The translations under genes were made by a program, and so were the position numbers. The notes under the pieces were generated by a model, which was given only the letters and a program-made list of their open reading frames with translations, had not been told where the DNA came from and made no database searches. Shown here piece after piece: positions 50,184 through 60,172 of a stretch of 64,000 nucleotides of DNA. Origin of the DNA: Gammaproteobacteria bacterium (lineage in GTDB: Bacteria; Pseudomonadota; Gammaproteobacteria; UBA4575); the NCBI GenBank assembly GCA_965243395.1, contig CBDEUS010000002.1, positions 544,001 through 608,000 on the forward strand, in the 5' to 3' direction. Within the stretch, counting starts at the first letter, position 1; every line of letters begins with the position of its first letter.

Positions 50184-50921
50184 CTAATTGCTAAGTGTTC
50201 TGCCACCGTCCACTGCAATGATTTGCCCAGTAATGTAATCTGCATGTTCAATTAGAAATAATGCAGCTTCGGCTATATCTTTTGGCTGACCTTCACGTTT
50301 TAATGCGGTACGCGAAATAATTTCTTGATGCATGCCTTCGTAGTGTTGTTCCTCGGGCCACATGATGGCGCCAGGCGCAATACCGTTTACACGAATTTCA
50401 GGTGCTAATTCGCGCGCCATAGATTTAGTGAACATAATCAGTCCTGCTTTAGCAATGCTATAGACAAAATAATCTTTTAAAGGACGATCACCATGAATAT
50501 CAACAATGTTAACAATACAACCCTTATGTTCTTTTAAATGTTCGGCTAGCGCCTGAGTTAAATACACTGGCGCTTTGAGATTTACTCCTACCAAGTCTTC
50601 CCATATTTTTTCATTTACATCATTTAGATTCGTCGGATAAAACGATGAGGCATTATTAATAAGCACATCGATATGACCAAATAATCCAATAGCTTGCTCG
50701 ATTAATGCCGGAATCGATGCATAATCTTTCAAGTCTCCTTTGAGTAGTTTCACTGAGTCCGGTCGGTTCGCATTGAGTTGGTCGGCGAGCGCGCTAGCAT
50801 CTTTACTGGAGCTACGATAGTGTAGAACGATGTTCATACCCGCTTGGTGTAAGTGTCGAGCCATTTCGGCACCTATGCGTCTTGCGGCTCCAGTAATCAT
50901 GACAATTTTAGGGCTACTCAT
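50184..50921 (-). CDS. folM: Pteridine reductase (FolM/PTR1-like SDR)
   Basis: TGAARRIG, LINNASSFYPT, NIVDIH, YSIAK, RVNGIAPG; next to folBK. Confidence 0.85.
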   Translation of the reverse strand: MSSPKIVMITGAARRIGAEMARHLHQAGMNIVLHYRSSSKDASALADQLNANRPDSVKLLKGDLKDYASIPALIEQAIGLFGHIDVLINNASSFYPTNLNDVNEKIWEDLVGVNLKAPVYLTQALAEHLKEHKGCIVNIVDIHGDRPLKDYFVYSIAKAGLIMFTKSMARELAPEIRVNGIAPGAIMWPEEQHYEGMHQEIISRTALKREGQPKDIAEAALFLIEHADYITGQIIAVDGGRTLSN

Positions 50922-50982
50922 TGGTTTAATTTTCTCATTTGTTATTCATAAACTTTAACACACCTCATTTAGCTGTAGCGTA

Positions 50983-52170
50983 ATGTCCAGTTCACAATAT
51001 TCGGATACAAGAATAATTGAATTATCTGAAGCACAACAAGCTGCTACACAAAAGTGTGCGCAGCACATTAAACACGCTATCCAAAGTAAAGGTGAAATTG
51101 GTTTTGATGAATATATGCAAATCGCATTACATGATCCAGAAGTGGGGTATTACCAGCAGAAAAATGAAATTTTTGGTGAGCAGGGAGATTTCACAACCGT
51201 ACCGGAAACTTCTATCCATTTGGCCTATTGCTTGGCGCATGCTTGTGCGCGGCTAATTCGAGATGATGGTGAGCGAACTATCTTAGAAATCGGTGCAGGT
51301 AGTGGCAAACTCGCATTAGATATTTTGCAGTATTTGGCGACTTGGAAAATGTTACCCAAGCAATATTATATTTATGAAATCAGCGCAGAATTACGCAAAA
51401 AACAACACAAACTTATTGAGCAAATATTACCAGATTACATTGAGAACGTAGTTTGGTTAACTGATCTTTCTTTTAAACTCGACACCACAATTATCATCGC
51501 TAATGAAGTGTTAGACGCTTTGCCAGTGAAGTGTTTTGAAGTGCTATCACAAAACATACAAGAAAGATCTGTTGGATTAGATGAGCAAGAACACTTTACC
51601 TGGAAGTTAACAAAACCAAATGAACAATTTGATGCTGCATTAGATTTTATTACGGTGATGCTTGATGAACCGCTCTCACTAGGCTATCAAAGTGAGCTTA
51701 ATCTAAATCTGGAATCTACACTTTCAGCATGGGCAAATACATGTCAACAGTGTGTAATGTTTCTGATTGATTACGGCTACCCGCGCCACGAGTACTACCA
51801 CCCACAACGTAATATGGGCACCCTACGGTGTTATTTTAAACACCATGTATCGGAAGATGTGTTGTCTTATCCCGGTTTACAAGATATCACTGCAGATGTG
51901 GATTTTTCGGCAGTAGCAAAGATTGCAAGTTATCTACAAATGGGGCTTTTAGCATTTGGTTCGCAACGTAACTTTATGCTGGCGAACCATCTTCTTGAAT
52001 GGCAGCCCAATGCAGAGTCTGATGTGGAACGTCTTGCACAGATTGCGCAGCTCAAACAGCTTACACTGGGTTCTGCAATTAGTGAGCGTTTTCAAGTAAT
52101 GGTGTTGGGTAAAGGCATCGACTATGGAGCGGATCAATTTACAGTGAGAGATATGCGTACCCGCCTATAG
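50983..52170 (+). CDS. MidA/NDUFAF7-family SAM-dependent methyltransferase
   Basis: GYY, FGEQGDFTT, EIGAGSG, ANEVLDALP, IDYG, QDITADVDF. Confidence 0.9.
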   Translation: MSSSQYSDTRIIELSEAQQAATQKCAQHIKHAIQSKGEIGFDEYMQIALHDPEVGYYQQKNEIFGEQGDFTTVPETSIHLAYCLAHACARLIRDDGERTILEIGAGSGKLALDILQYLATWKMLPKQYYIYEISAELRKKQHKLIEQILPDYIENVVWLTDLSFKLDTTIIIANEVLDALPVKCFEVLSQNIQERSVGLDEQEHFTWKLTKPNEQFDAALDFITVMLDEPLSLGYQSELNLNLESTLSAWANTCQQCVMFLIDYGYPRHEYYHPQRNMGTLRCYFKHHVSEDVLSYPGLQDITADVDFSAVAKIASYLQMGLLAFGSQRNFMLANHLLEWQPNAESDVERLAQIAQLKQLTLGSAISERFQVMVLGKGIDYGADQFTVRDMRTRL

Positions 52171-52212
52171 AAGATCAGATCAAATCGGAACTTTCAGATA
52201 TTAAAATTTAAG

Positions 52213-53010
52213 ATGGATGCTCTACACGCATTTTTACTTGCCGTAATACAAGGCTTAACAGAATTTTTACCCATATCGAGTTCGGCACACTTGGTGTTAT
52301 TACCTATTATTATGCAATGGCAAGACCAAGGGTTGGTTATTGATATTGCTGCGCACTTAGGTAGTTTGCTAGCGGTTATATTTTATTTTCGCCATGATTT
52401 GTCGAAATTAATGAATGACTGGATAGAATCCTTAGGCACCGGTGTTAAGACGGATGAAAGTAAATTAGCGTGGTTGGTGTTGTGGGCAAGTTTACCTATT
52501 TTGATAGTTGCGCTTTTTGTGCAAGCTTATTTACTACCTTATTTACGCGATGCAGTCGTGATAGGCATTGCATCAATCGTATTTGCGCTACTGCTTTGGC
52601 AAGCCGATAAACAAGGTAGCCAAACACGAACGAACAAAGAATTAAACTTTAAGGATTCTATTTTAATTGGTACCGCACAAGCATTTGCATTAATACCAGG
52701 CGCTTCACGCTCAGGTGTTACTATGACAGCAGGGATGTGGTTGGGATTAACACGTGTCGAGGCCGCTCGGTTTTCGTTTTTACTTGCCATTCCTACCATC
52801 CTCGCAGCTACATTATATGGTTCTTATAAAGCAGCACACCATGAGTTCATCATTCATTGGCCATTAACTCTTGCGGTAATCGCATGTTCCGCTATTGTCG
52901 CTTTTTTGTGTATAGATTGGTTTTTGAAAGTGGTGACTAAAATAGGCATGCTGCCTTTTGTAATTTACCGCATATTACTTGGCGGTTTACTGCTATTTTT
53001 TTATTTATAG
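52213..53010 (+). CDS. uppP: Undecaprenyl-diphosphatase
   Basis: QGLTEFLPISSSAH, PGASRSG, AARFSFLLAIP, FVIYR. Confidence 0.97.
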   Translation: MDALHAFLLAVIQGLTEFLPISSSAHLVLLPIIMQWQDQGLVIDIAAHLGSLLAVIFYFRHDLSKLMNDWIESLGTGVKTDESKLAWLVLWASLPILIVALFVQAYLLPYLRDAVVIGIASIVFALLLWQADKQGSQTRTNKELNFKDSILIGTAQAFALIPGASRSGVTMTAGMWLGLTRVEAARFSFLLAIPTILAATLYGSYKAAHHEFIIHWPLTLAVIACSAIVAFLCIDWFLKVVTKIGMLPFVIYRILLGGLLLFFYL

Positions 53011-54168
53011 TTAGTAGTCTCTATTTTTAATCAATTCTTCAAGCATTGTTAATTGAGCTTGTTGAATGTTCGTTGTTAATTCTTCTGCACTTACTTTTTC
53101 ACGAATCCAGGTATCGATACTTACTTTCTCTATTTCCATTGCAATGCTTTGTAGCCATTTCTTTTGTTTATATGAACTATTTTTATGTGCACAGGTATAA
53201 ATAGCTTCACAGATATCTAATAAAATAATAAATCGCTCAGGATTTCTTCTAGCGTCTAATTTACGCAATAACTGTAATAGTTGCTCGGCATTTAAATGTA
53301 AACAGTTATGACAATCATCTTGCAAGGAAATAATTAGCGTTACGAGTTTTTTACAGACGTTGGGTAATGGAAATTCAAGGGTTAGTTTTTTAATATTTTC
53401 ATGGTTTTCATGTGCATGAAAATGCAAACCACCGACAAAGCTGGCAAAGCGTATATTTGCATCATTATATTTTTTGGTGATGACTTTTAGTGTTTCATGA
53501 CCAAGAGTGCTGCTCTCTGGGAGAGTCAGAGGATAATAAATATATGGAAAGACTTGTGCTAAGGCATTCGTTTCTTGTAATATAAGGAAAAACTCTCCAG
53601 GTGAATCCGTCGCTAATGCCTTAGAAGTTTCTTGCCATATTCTTTCAAGTGAAATTTCTCTTAATTCTCTCGTCGTTACTATCTGACGCATAAGTGATAA
53701 GGTTTCTTGATGAATTTCAAATCCAAGTGAGTGAAATTTTGCTGCAAAGCGTGCGATGCGTAATACCCTTAGTGGATCTTCCGCAAATGCATCAGAGACA
53801 TGACGTAACACTCTATTCTTAATGTCTTGTTGCCCGCCATAAGGATCTATAATTTCACCATTCTCACTTTGTGCGATAGCATTAATAGTGATATCACGCC
53901 GCGATAAGTCTTCTTCTAGTGTTACATCAGGTGCTGCATGTATTTCAAAACCATGATAGCCGCGACCTTGTTTTTTTTCGGTTCGAGCGAGTGCGTATTC
54001 TTCTTTACTTTCTGGATGTAAAAATACGGGAAAATTCTTGCCAACCGCTTTAAAGCCTTGAGTTTCCATTTCTTTGGGTGTAGCACCAACCACTACCCAG
54101 TCACGCTCAGTAATGGGCAACCCTAAAAGTTCATCACGTACAGCACCACCTACAAGATAAACTTCCAT
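53011..54168 (-). CDS. cca: tRNA CCA-adding enzyme (short form)
   Basis: YLVGGAVRD, ERDWVV, EYALARTE, EDLSRRDITINA, EDPLRVLR. Confidence 0.95.
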   Translation of the reverse strand: MEVYLVGGAVRDELLGLPITERDWVVVGATPKEMETQGFKAVGKNFPVFLHPESKEEYALARTEKKQGRGYHGFEIHAAPDVTLEEDLSRRDITINAIAQSENGEIIDPYGGQQDIKNRVLRHVSDAFAEDPLRVLRIARFAAKFHSLGFEIHQETLSLMRQIVTTRELREISLERIWQETSKALATDSPGEFFLILQETNALAQVFPYIYYPLTLPESSTLGHETLKVITKKYNDANIRFASFVGGLHFHAHENHENIKKLTLEFPLPNVCKKLVTLIISLQDDCHNCLHLNAEQLLQLLRKLDARRNPERFIILLDICEAIYTCAHKNSSYKQKKWLQSIAMEIEKVSIDTWIREKVSAEELTTNIQQAQLTMLEELIKNRDY

Positions 54169-54201
54169 TACCAGAGCTCATTAGTATGATAATGTAAAAA
54201 C

Positions 54202-55260
54202 ATGTTAGGGAGCATGGCTAAAATATTTGTACTCGGATGCTTATTATTATTTTTTTCAGGTTGCACTACGATTGGTTATTATCATCAGTCTATTTCCGGG
54301 CATTTTAAACTAATTTCAAAACGTGAACCTATCGTTGATATCGTAAACGATTCGACACGAGACGAAAACTTAATTAAGCAATTACGCCTAGCTCAAGAAT
54401 TACGTTTGTTTGCAAGTAATAAGCTTAAATTGCCCGAAAACGACAGTTACCGTAGTTTTGTGCAATTAGATCGGCCTTATGTAACATGGAATGTATTTGC
54501 TGCTCCTGAGTTTTCTATTTCATTGCATCAATGGTGTTTTTTAGTCATAGGCTGTGTGCCTTACCGTGGATATTTTGACGAGCAAGATGCCCAGCGCTAT
54601 GCGGAACAACTTTCTACGCAAGGCTTAGACGTTTATGTTGCGGGTGTTCCAGCTTATTCAACACTTGGCTGGTTTGATGATCCATTGCTGAGTAGCATGC
54701 TGGATCGCGGTGAAATAGTTACTGCATCCTACATTTTTCATGAGCTTGCACACCAGCAGTTTTATCTTAAAGGGGATGGAGCATTTAATGAAGCCTTTGC
54801 AACATCAGTGGAAGAAATAGGGGTGTTGCTGTGGTTACATGAACAAAATCGTAAAGAGGAAGCTCGTAACTACGAAAACTGGTTAACGCAAAAAAAACTT
54901 TTTTCTTCATTTATTAAAACCAATCGTGATGAATTTGATGCCTTGTATCAAAAAGATTATGAATTGGAAAAAATGCAAGTTGAGAAAGAAATTCTAATTG
55001 CTGAAATGCGTAGAAAATTCTCTAAGTTAAGTAGTGAAAATAACCACATTGCAAGATATGAAAAGTGGATGTCGGGACCGCTCAATAACGCACAAATTGG
55101 CGCAATTTCTTTATATCGTGAACTAGTGCCCGCCTTTCGAAATCTTTTTACTTTATGTGATCGTGATTTTGAAAAATTTTATCTACAGGTTGAAGTCATT
55201 GCAAAGTCATCTGAGGAGGAGAGAATAGAGTTACTACAGTCTGCACAAAATTGCGCGTAG
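54202..55260 (+). CDS. Putative zinc aminopeptidase lipoprotein
   Basis: Lipobox FSGC, WCFLVIGCVPYRGYF, AYSTLGWFDDP, HELAH, FNEAFA. Confidence 0.85.
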   Translation: MLGSMAKIFVLGCLLLFFSGCTTIGYYHQSISGHFKLISKREPIVDIVNDSTRDENLIKQLRLAQELRLFASNKLKLPENDSYRSFVQLDRPYVTWNVFAAPEFSISLHQWCFLVIGCVPYRGYFDEQDAQRYAEQLSTQGLDVYVAGVPAYSTLGWFDDPLLSSMLDRGEIVTASYIFHELAHQQFYLKGDGAFNEAFATSVEEIGVLLWLHEQNRKEEARNYENWLTQKKLFSSFIKTNRDEFDALYQKDYELEKMQVEKEILIAEMRRKFSKLSSENNHIARYEKWMSGPLNNAQIGAISLYRELVPAFRNLFTLCDRDFEKFYLQVEVIAKSSEEERIELLQSAQNCA

Positions 55261-55285
55261 AAAATTTACTATGCGTAATTTCTTA

Positions 55286-56224
55286 TTAACGCTTGGCGCG
55301 AAATCGATCTAAAAGTGAATAACTTCTACCTTGTTGTAAATAACTAGGAACTATAGATTCTAGAGGTGTTGTACAAATTGATTCACTCACACATACACTA
55401 TCTTTTTGTAGAGAATAATAATTATCTATAGAGAACGGTTTACCTGGAACGAATTCAAGTATATTGGCCTGTAGTTTGGATAACCAATTTGGTAATCCTA
55501 TTATAACTCGCTTATGACCACTCATTGTCGCAACATATTTCACTAATTCTTTAAGACTATATTGTTTAGGTCCGCATAAATCGATTCTTTGCCCAAAGCT
55601 ACTCGTATCGGTGATTGAGTCAGCCATAATTTGGACCACATCATTTACATATACCGGCGCAAACTTTGTATTTGCACATGCAAGAGGTAATACGCCAGGG
55701 GTAAATTTTAATACGGATGCAAATCGATTTATAAATGAATCCTTAACGCCGAAAATAACTGAAGGTCTAAAACTTGTTACCGCGATTTTATTTGCCGCAA
55801 AGGTGTGGACATAATTTTCGGCTTCACCTTTAGTTCGCAAATAAAAGCTTTTCGCTTCCGGGTTTGCATTAAGTGCACTCATATGCAGCAATCTGCTTAC
55901 TTTGCAACTTGAACACATTGTGATGGCTTTACGAGCTAACTCAACGTGGGCAATGTGAAAACCATTACCCTTATGGCCTTTTTCGTTGAGGATTCCAATT
56001 AGATTAATGACGACATCGCAATCGTTAAAATGCTGCTTAAGATGTGTTTCATTTTGCACATCCGCCTGAATCAACTGTAAGCTTGGAAGTACAAGTAGTT
56101 CTCGATGTTGTTCGCGTCGTCGGGTCAGTACCTTAACTTGGTGGCCACGTTTCACCAATTCCGCACATAGGTGGCTGCCGACAAAACCCGTTCCCCCGAG
56201 TACACATATGCTTAAATTCTTCAT
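55286..56224 (-). CDS. NDUFA9-like atypical SDR
   Basis: GGTGFVG, VINLIGIL, HMSALNA, YLRTKGEAE, RPSVIFG. Confidence 0.88.
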   Translation of the reverse strand: MKNLSICVLGGTGFVGSHLCAELVKRGHQVKVLTRRREQHRELLVLPSLQLIQADVQNETHLKQHFNDCDVVINLIGILNEKGHKGNGFHIAHVELARKAITMCSSCKVSRLLHMSALNANPEAKSFYLRTKGEAENYVHTFAANKIAVTSFRPSVIFGVKDSFINRFASVLKFTPGVLPLACANTKFAPVYVNDVVQIMADSITDTSSFGQRIDLCGPKQYSLKELVKYVATMSGHKRVIIGLPNWLSKLQANILEFVPGKPFSIDNYYSLQKDSVCVSESICTTPLESIVPSYLQQGRSYSLLDRFRAKR

Positions 56225-56577
56225 TGAACAAAATGTATTGAAATATTCGTGTAAATTATGAATAAGCCTTTGCGCTTTTGATAGTTTAATCTCATGCTGT
56301 CAAAAATTTGCCTTGTTCATGAGTGGGGAGGTAAAGATAAGATAGAAAGCCGGGCATTATGTAGGCTAAAAAATCACCACTAGGGGCCCTGTAACAGCTA
56401 AAAAGACTGCATTCATCGGCAAATATAGCCGAATTTAAGCCTCAATCTAGTAAAGGCTTGTAATCACTTAAAGAATGCATAAAAATACGCCTATCAACTT
56501 TTGACCCCCTTGAGCGCACCATTCCAGGTGTTCTATTTCAAAAACAAAGTTTATTTTATTGATTGGAGTTTTAATAA

Positions 56578-56904
56578 GTGAGCGAAAATATTTGTCATGT
56601 GACGGATGACAGTTTTGAAGAAGAAGTATTAAAAAGCGAGCAACCTGTATTGGTTGATTATTGGGCAGAGTGGTGTGGCCCGTGCAAAATGATTGCTCCA
56701 TTATTAGATGAAATCGCGGGTGATTATGAAGGTAAATTAAAAATTACCAAGTTAAACATCGATGATAATCCGAATACGCCACCAAAATATGGTATACGTG
56801 GAATACCCACACTAATGATTTTCAAAAACGGTAACGCTGAAGCAACGAAAGTGGGTGCGTTATCAAAATCGCAATTAACTGCGTTCATTGATCAAAGTAT
56901 TTAA
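56578..56904 (+). CDS. trxA: Thioredoxin
   Basis: [18 protein letters not shown]; upstream of rho. Confidence 0.98.
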   Translation: MSENICHVTDDSFEEEVLKSEQPVLVDYWAEWCGPCKMIAPLLDEIAGDYEGKLKITKLNIDDNPNTPPKYGIRGIPTLMIFKNGNAEATKVGALSKSQLTAFIDQSI

Positions 56905-57153
56905 TTTAAGAACCCATCCATTAACCTCTACATTTTTAGAAATTAAATAAATATAAAACCGACCGCATCAACTAATAATTCAAAATTACACTAGAAATTA
57001 GTTCAGAATTTTTCTAGTAATCGCTAGATAAATAACAGGCTATTTTCTAAATTAATAACGCTACTAAAGCGTAAACCTTGCAAACAGTGCGCCACTGTAT
57101 TGCTTTAAACACATACACCTTTTAAACATCTACCAAATAACGAATATACGCAC

Positions 57154-58410
57154 ATGAACTTAACAGAATTAAAGAAAAAACCAGCATCGGAGTTAATCGA
57201 TATTGCTGCAGAAATGAAGATAGACAATCTATCTCGCTCACGTAAACAAGACATTATTTTTGCAATACTCAAGGCGCATGCAAAAAATGGTGAAGATATT
57301 CTTGGTGATGGTGTTCTTGAAATTTTGCAAGATGGGTTTGGGTTTTTGCGTTCTTCTGATTGTTCTTACTTAGCGGGCCCAGATGATATCTATGTCTCAC
57401 CAAGCCAAATACGACGTTTTGGTTTACGTACAGGAGATACGATTTCAGGGAAAATTCGCCCACCTAAAGATAGTGAACGTTATTTTGCAATGCTCAAAGT
57501 TGACAAGATCAACTTTGATAAACCGGAAAATGCTAAGCGCAAAATATTATTTGAAAACTTAACTCCATTACATCCCGACCAGCGTTTAAAGCTTGAGCGT
57601 GGTAATGGTAGTACTGAAGATATTACTGCGCGCATTATTGATATTTGTGCACCAATCGGAAAGGGCCAACGCGGTCTAATCGTATCCCCGCCAAAAGCGG
57701 GAAAAACATTAATGCTGCAAAATATTGCGCAAAGCATTACTTCCAATCATCCCGAATGTTTCTTGATTGTATTGTTAATTGATGAAAGACCCGAAGAAGT
57801 GACAGAAATGTCTCGCATGGTACAAGGTGAGGTGGTATCCAGTACTTTCGATGAGCCAGCAAGCAGACATGTTCAAGTTGCAGAAATGGTAATTGAAAAA
57901 GCTAAGCGGTTAGTTGAGCATAAAAAAGATGTCGTCATTTTATTAGATTCTATTACACGCCTAGCACGTGCATATAACACTGTCGTACCAGCATCGGGCA
58001 AAGTATTAACGGGTGGTGTTGATGCTAATGCATTACAACGACCTAAGCGCTTCTTTGGTGCTGCACGAAATATTGAAGAAGGTGGCAGCCTTACTATTCT
58101 CGCTACCGCACTTGTTGAAACCGGTTCTAAAATGGATGAAGTTATTTATGAGGAATTTAAAGGTACAGGTAACATGGAAATCCACATGGACCGTCGCATC
58201 GCAGAAAAACGAGTCTTTCCTGCGATAAATATCAATAGATCGGGTACGCGTCGTGAAGAATTGATCACTGACCAAGACGAGCTACAAAAGATTTGGGTGC
58301 TGAGAAAATTCTTGCATCCTATGGATGAAATTGAAGCGATGGATTTCATGCTGGGGCGTATGCAAACCACAAAAACCAATGATGAATTTTTCGAAGCAAT
58401 GAAAAGATAG
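57154..58410 (+). CDS. rho: Transcription termination factor Rho
   Basis: [38 protein letters not shown]. Confidence 0.99.
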   Translation: MNLTELKKKPASELIDIAAEMKIDNLSRSRKQDIIFAILKAHAKNGEDILGDGVLEILQDGFGFLRSSDCSYLAGPDDIYVSPSQIRRFGLRTGDTISGKIRPPKDSERYFAMLKVDKINFDKPENAKRKILFENLTPLHPDQRLKLERGNGSTEDITARIIDICAPIGKGQRGLIVSPPKAGKTLMLQNIAQSITSNHPECFLIVLLIDERPEEVTEMSRMVQGEVVSSTFDEPASRHVQVAEMVIEKAKRLVEHKKDVVILLDSITRLARAYNTVVPASGKVLTGGVDANALQRPKRFFGAARNIEEGGSLTILATALVETGSKMDEVIYEEFKGTGNMEIHMDRRIAEKRVFPAININRSGTRREELITDQDELQKIWVLRKFLHPMDEIEAMDFMLGRMQTTKTNDEFFEAMKR

Positions 58411-58460
58411 GTTTAAGAGACTTTCAAATGGAATAACAAGGTTGCTATCAAACAATTGAT

Positions 58461-59051
58461 CTATTTTTTATTTTCTAGAACCTGAAACACTCGGTCTAAC
58501 ATATTGTCAATTGTCTCTGAACTGGATTGTAGTTGGGCGAGCACTCGGTAGCCAAATAATAAAGTCATTAAAAAACGAGCTAATTGAATAGGGTCTTCAT
58601 CGCATATAAGCTCCTCATTTTCCTGAGCCTTAACGAGTAAGACGTAAATTCGTGATTCAATTTCTTGCAACTTAAGTTGTACGTAGTAACGTAATTCTTT
58701 CTCAGTTTCTGGAATTTCAAAGGCACCATGTACTAATAAACAATGCGCATCAGGCGTTCTATTTGTGCTGTTATCTGCCACCAAATTAAAAAAACTTCTT
58801 AATGCATCAAGACTTCTGGCATGTTGCTTTGCACAGTCGTCTATCAAGTCAATTTGGCGTTTAGTGTAGTGTTCTATTACTTCAGTATATAAACCTGATT
58901 TGTTTACAAATGCTGAATAGATGCTACCAGGTTGTAGCCCTGTCGCTTTTGTTATGTCCTTAATGGTTGTGCGTTGAAATCCGTTACGCAAGAAAATTTT
59001 TGAAGCTTTATCAAGTACATCGCTTCTTTCGAATGCAGGTTGCCTCCCCAT
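58461..59051 (-). CDS. TetR/AcrR family transcriptional regulator
   Basis: N-terminal HTH GFQRTTIKDITKATGLQPGSIYSAFVNKSGLY; C-terminal CLLV. Confidence 0.92.
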   Translation of the reverse strand: MGRQPAFERSDVLDKASKIFLRNGFQRTTIKDITKATGLQPGSIYSAFVNKSGLYTEVIEHYTKRQIDLIDDCAKQHARSLDALRSFFNLVADNSTNRTPDAHCLLVHGAFEIPETEKELRYYVQLKLQEIESRIYVLLVKAQENEELICDEDPIQLARFLMTLLFGYRVLAQLQSSSETIDNMLDRVFQVLENKK

Positions 59052-59097
59052 ACTAGTATATCCCTAAACATTAGAATTACATTCTTAAAACTATGCT

Positions 59098-59386
59098 TTG
59101 TTCATTAAGATTATTAATGAACAAGTAATCAATTATTAAAGTAAATAAATGCAAATGTAGATTATTTCTTATCAATATAAATAATTTGTAATAACTGTCA
59201 ATGCAAGATTGTTGAATCACTAATGATTTGTGAAATAAATAAGCTTATTCAAATAAAATAAGCAAGAGTATGTGTGTAAGGTTATAAATATGAGTAGTTT
59301 ATGCACAATTTAATTTGCATAAAATTGTGCAAATTAAAGAAGTTTAAACTGAATGAAATTGAAAAAATTATTGAGCAAATGCTCAA
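59098..59386. promoter_or_regulatory. Cluster of palindromes upstream of the TetR gene (candidate operators)
   Basis: TTGTTCATTAA-N5-TTAATGAACAA (59098-59124), interlocked TGCA repeats near 59297-59338, TTGAGCA-AA-TGCTCAA (59371-59386). Confidence 0.45.
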
Positions 59387-59395
59387 GTATTTATA

Positions 59396-59683
59396 TTAAA
59401 TTGCTTTAAAGCCAATGTCTTTTCGATAAAATATATCAGGCCATGAAATTTGTTTTGTTAGTTCGTAAGCATTCTGCTGAGCTTCGCTAACCGAATCTCC
59501 AAGTGCAGTCGCAGCAGAAGGCCCATAAATTTTCAATGCATCTTTTTGAAATTCATCCACAAAACCTTCAACTAAAGGCGCTTCAGGTTCGACAATAGTT
59601 AAGTCAATGTTGTTTTGTAGCGCGAAAGATTTAAGAGCAGGTATATCTTCAGCATCAATAGCTATGTTTTCAGGTATAAACTC
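59396..59683 (-). pseudogene. purD: purD remnant: N-domain segment fused in frame to the extreme C-terminus
   Basis: Hand-translated ...ENIAIDAEDIPALKSFALQNNIDLTIVEPEAPLVEGFVDEFQKDALKIYGPSA|ATALGDSVSEAQQNAYELTKQISWPDIFYRKDIGFKAI*; matches PurD IDLTIVGPEAPL...IFGP and TALG...AQ..AY...RKDIG; ATP-grasp core absent, no 5' start. Confidence 0.85.
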
Positions 59684-59905
59684 CTAGCCATATTCATCCG
59701 TTACTTTAACTTGCCAACCATGCATTTGCCGTATCGGCAAGTGATCGAAATCAGTTGAAAAATTGAGTTTATAAAATCCATGTTCGGTCGTGATTGATTC
59801 TTCAAATGCATATACAGATGTGAATGCAATAAATAATGTAAATATACAAAATAAGTTGATTTTCATTCGATGGATGAGATTAGTTAATAAAAAATAATTA
59901 AACAA
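59684..59905 (-). pseudogene. Truncated secreted-protein gene, possibly a YtkA/FixH-like N-terminus
   Basis: Signal peptide MKINLFCIFTLFIAFTSVYA then TEHGFYKLNF...LPIRQMHGWQVKVTDEYG*; stops before the MPxHxH motif expected of that family. Confidence 0.4.
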
Positions 59906-60172
59906 TTCATATTAAGTAATCGAAGTAAATCATTATTTAAGGGTGAACTTTTTTATAAAAAATTAAGGCGATGTATTAATATTTTTAAAAAATAATATAA
60001 ATATTTAACATAACTTTTGCGTAGTTCTAAATATAGCTGCTTAAATTTTAAAAAATACAGACTTATTTAAATATTGCTATATGCACAAATTTTGTAAACA
60101 AGTTACAATTAAAATACATAATAAAAATAATAACTACAAAGAGGCTAGTAAATATATTCATATGTTTAACTA

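Noticed and set aside
50983-56224. MidA/NDUFAF7-like and NDUFA9-like genes as a complex I assembly module
   Set aside because: Both are common neighbours of folM and cca in proteobacteria, and no nuo genes are in the window.
59299-59307. TTATGCACA DnaA-box match in the TetR upstream region
   Set aside because: A single match inside a very AT-rich palindromic tract; better explained by that tract or by chance.
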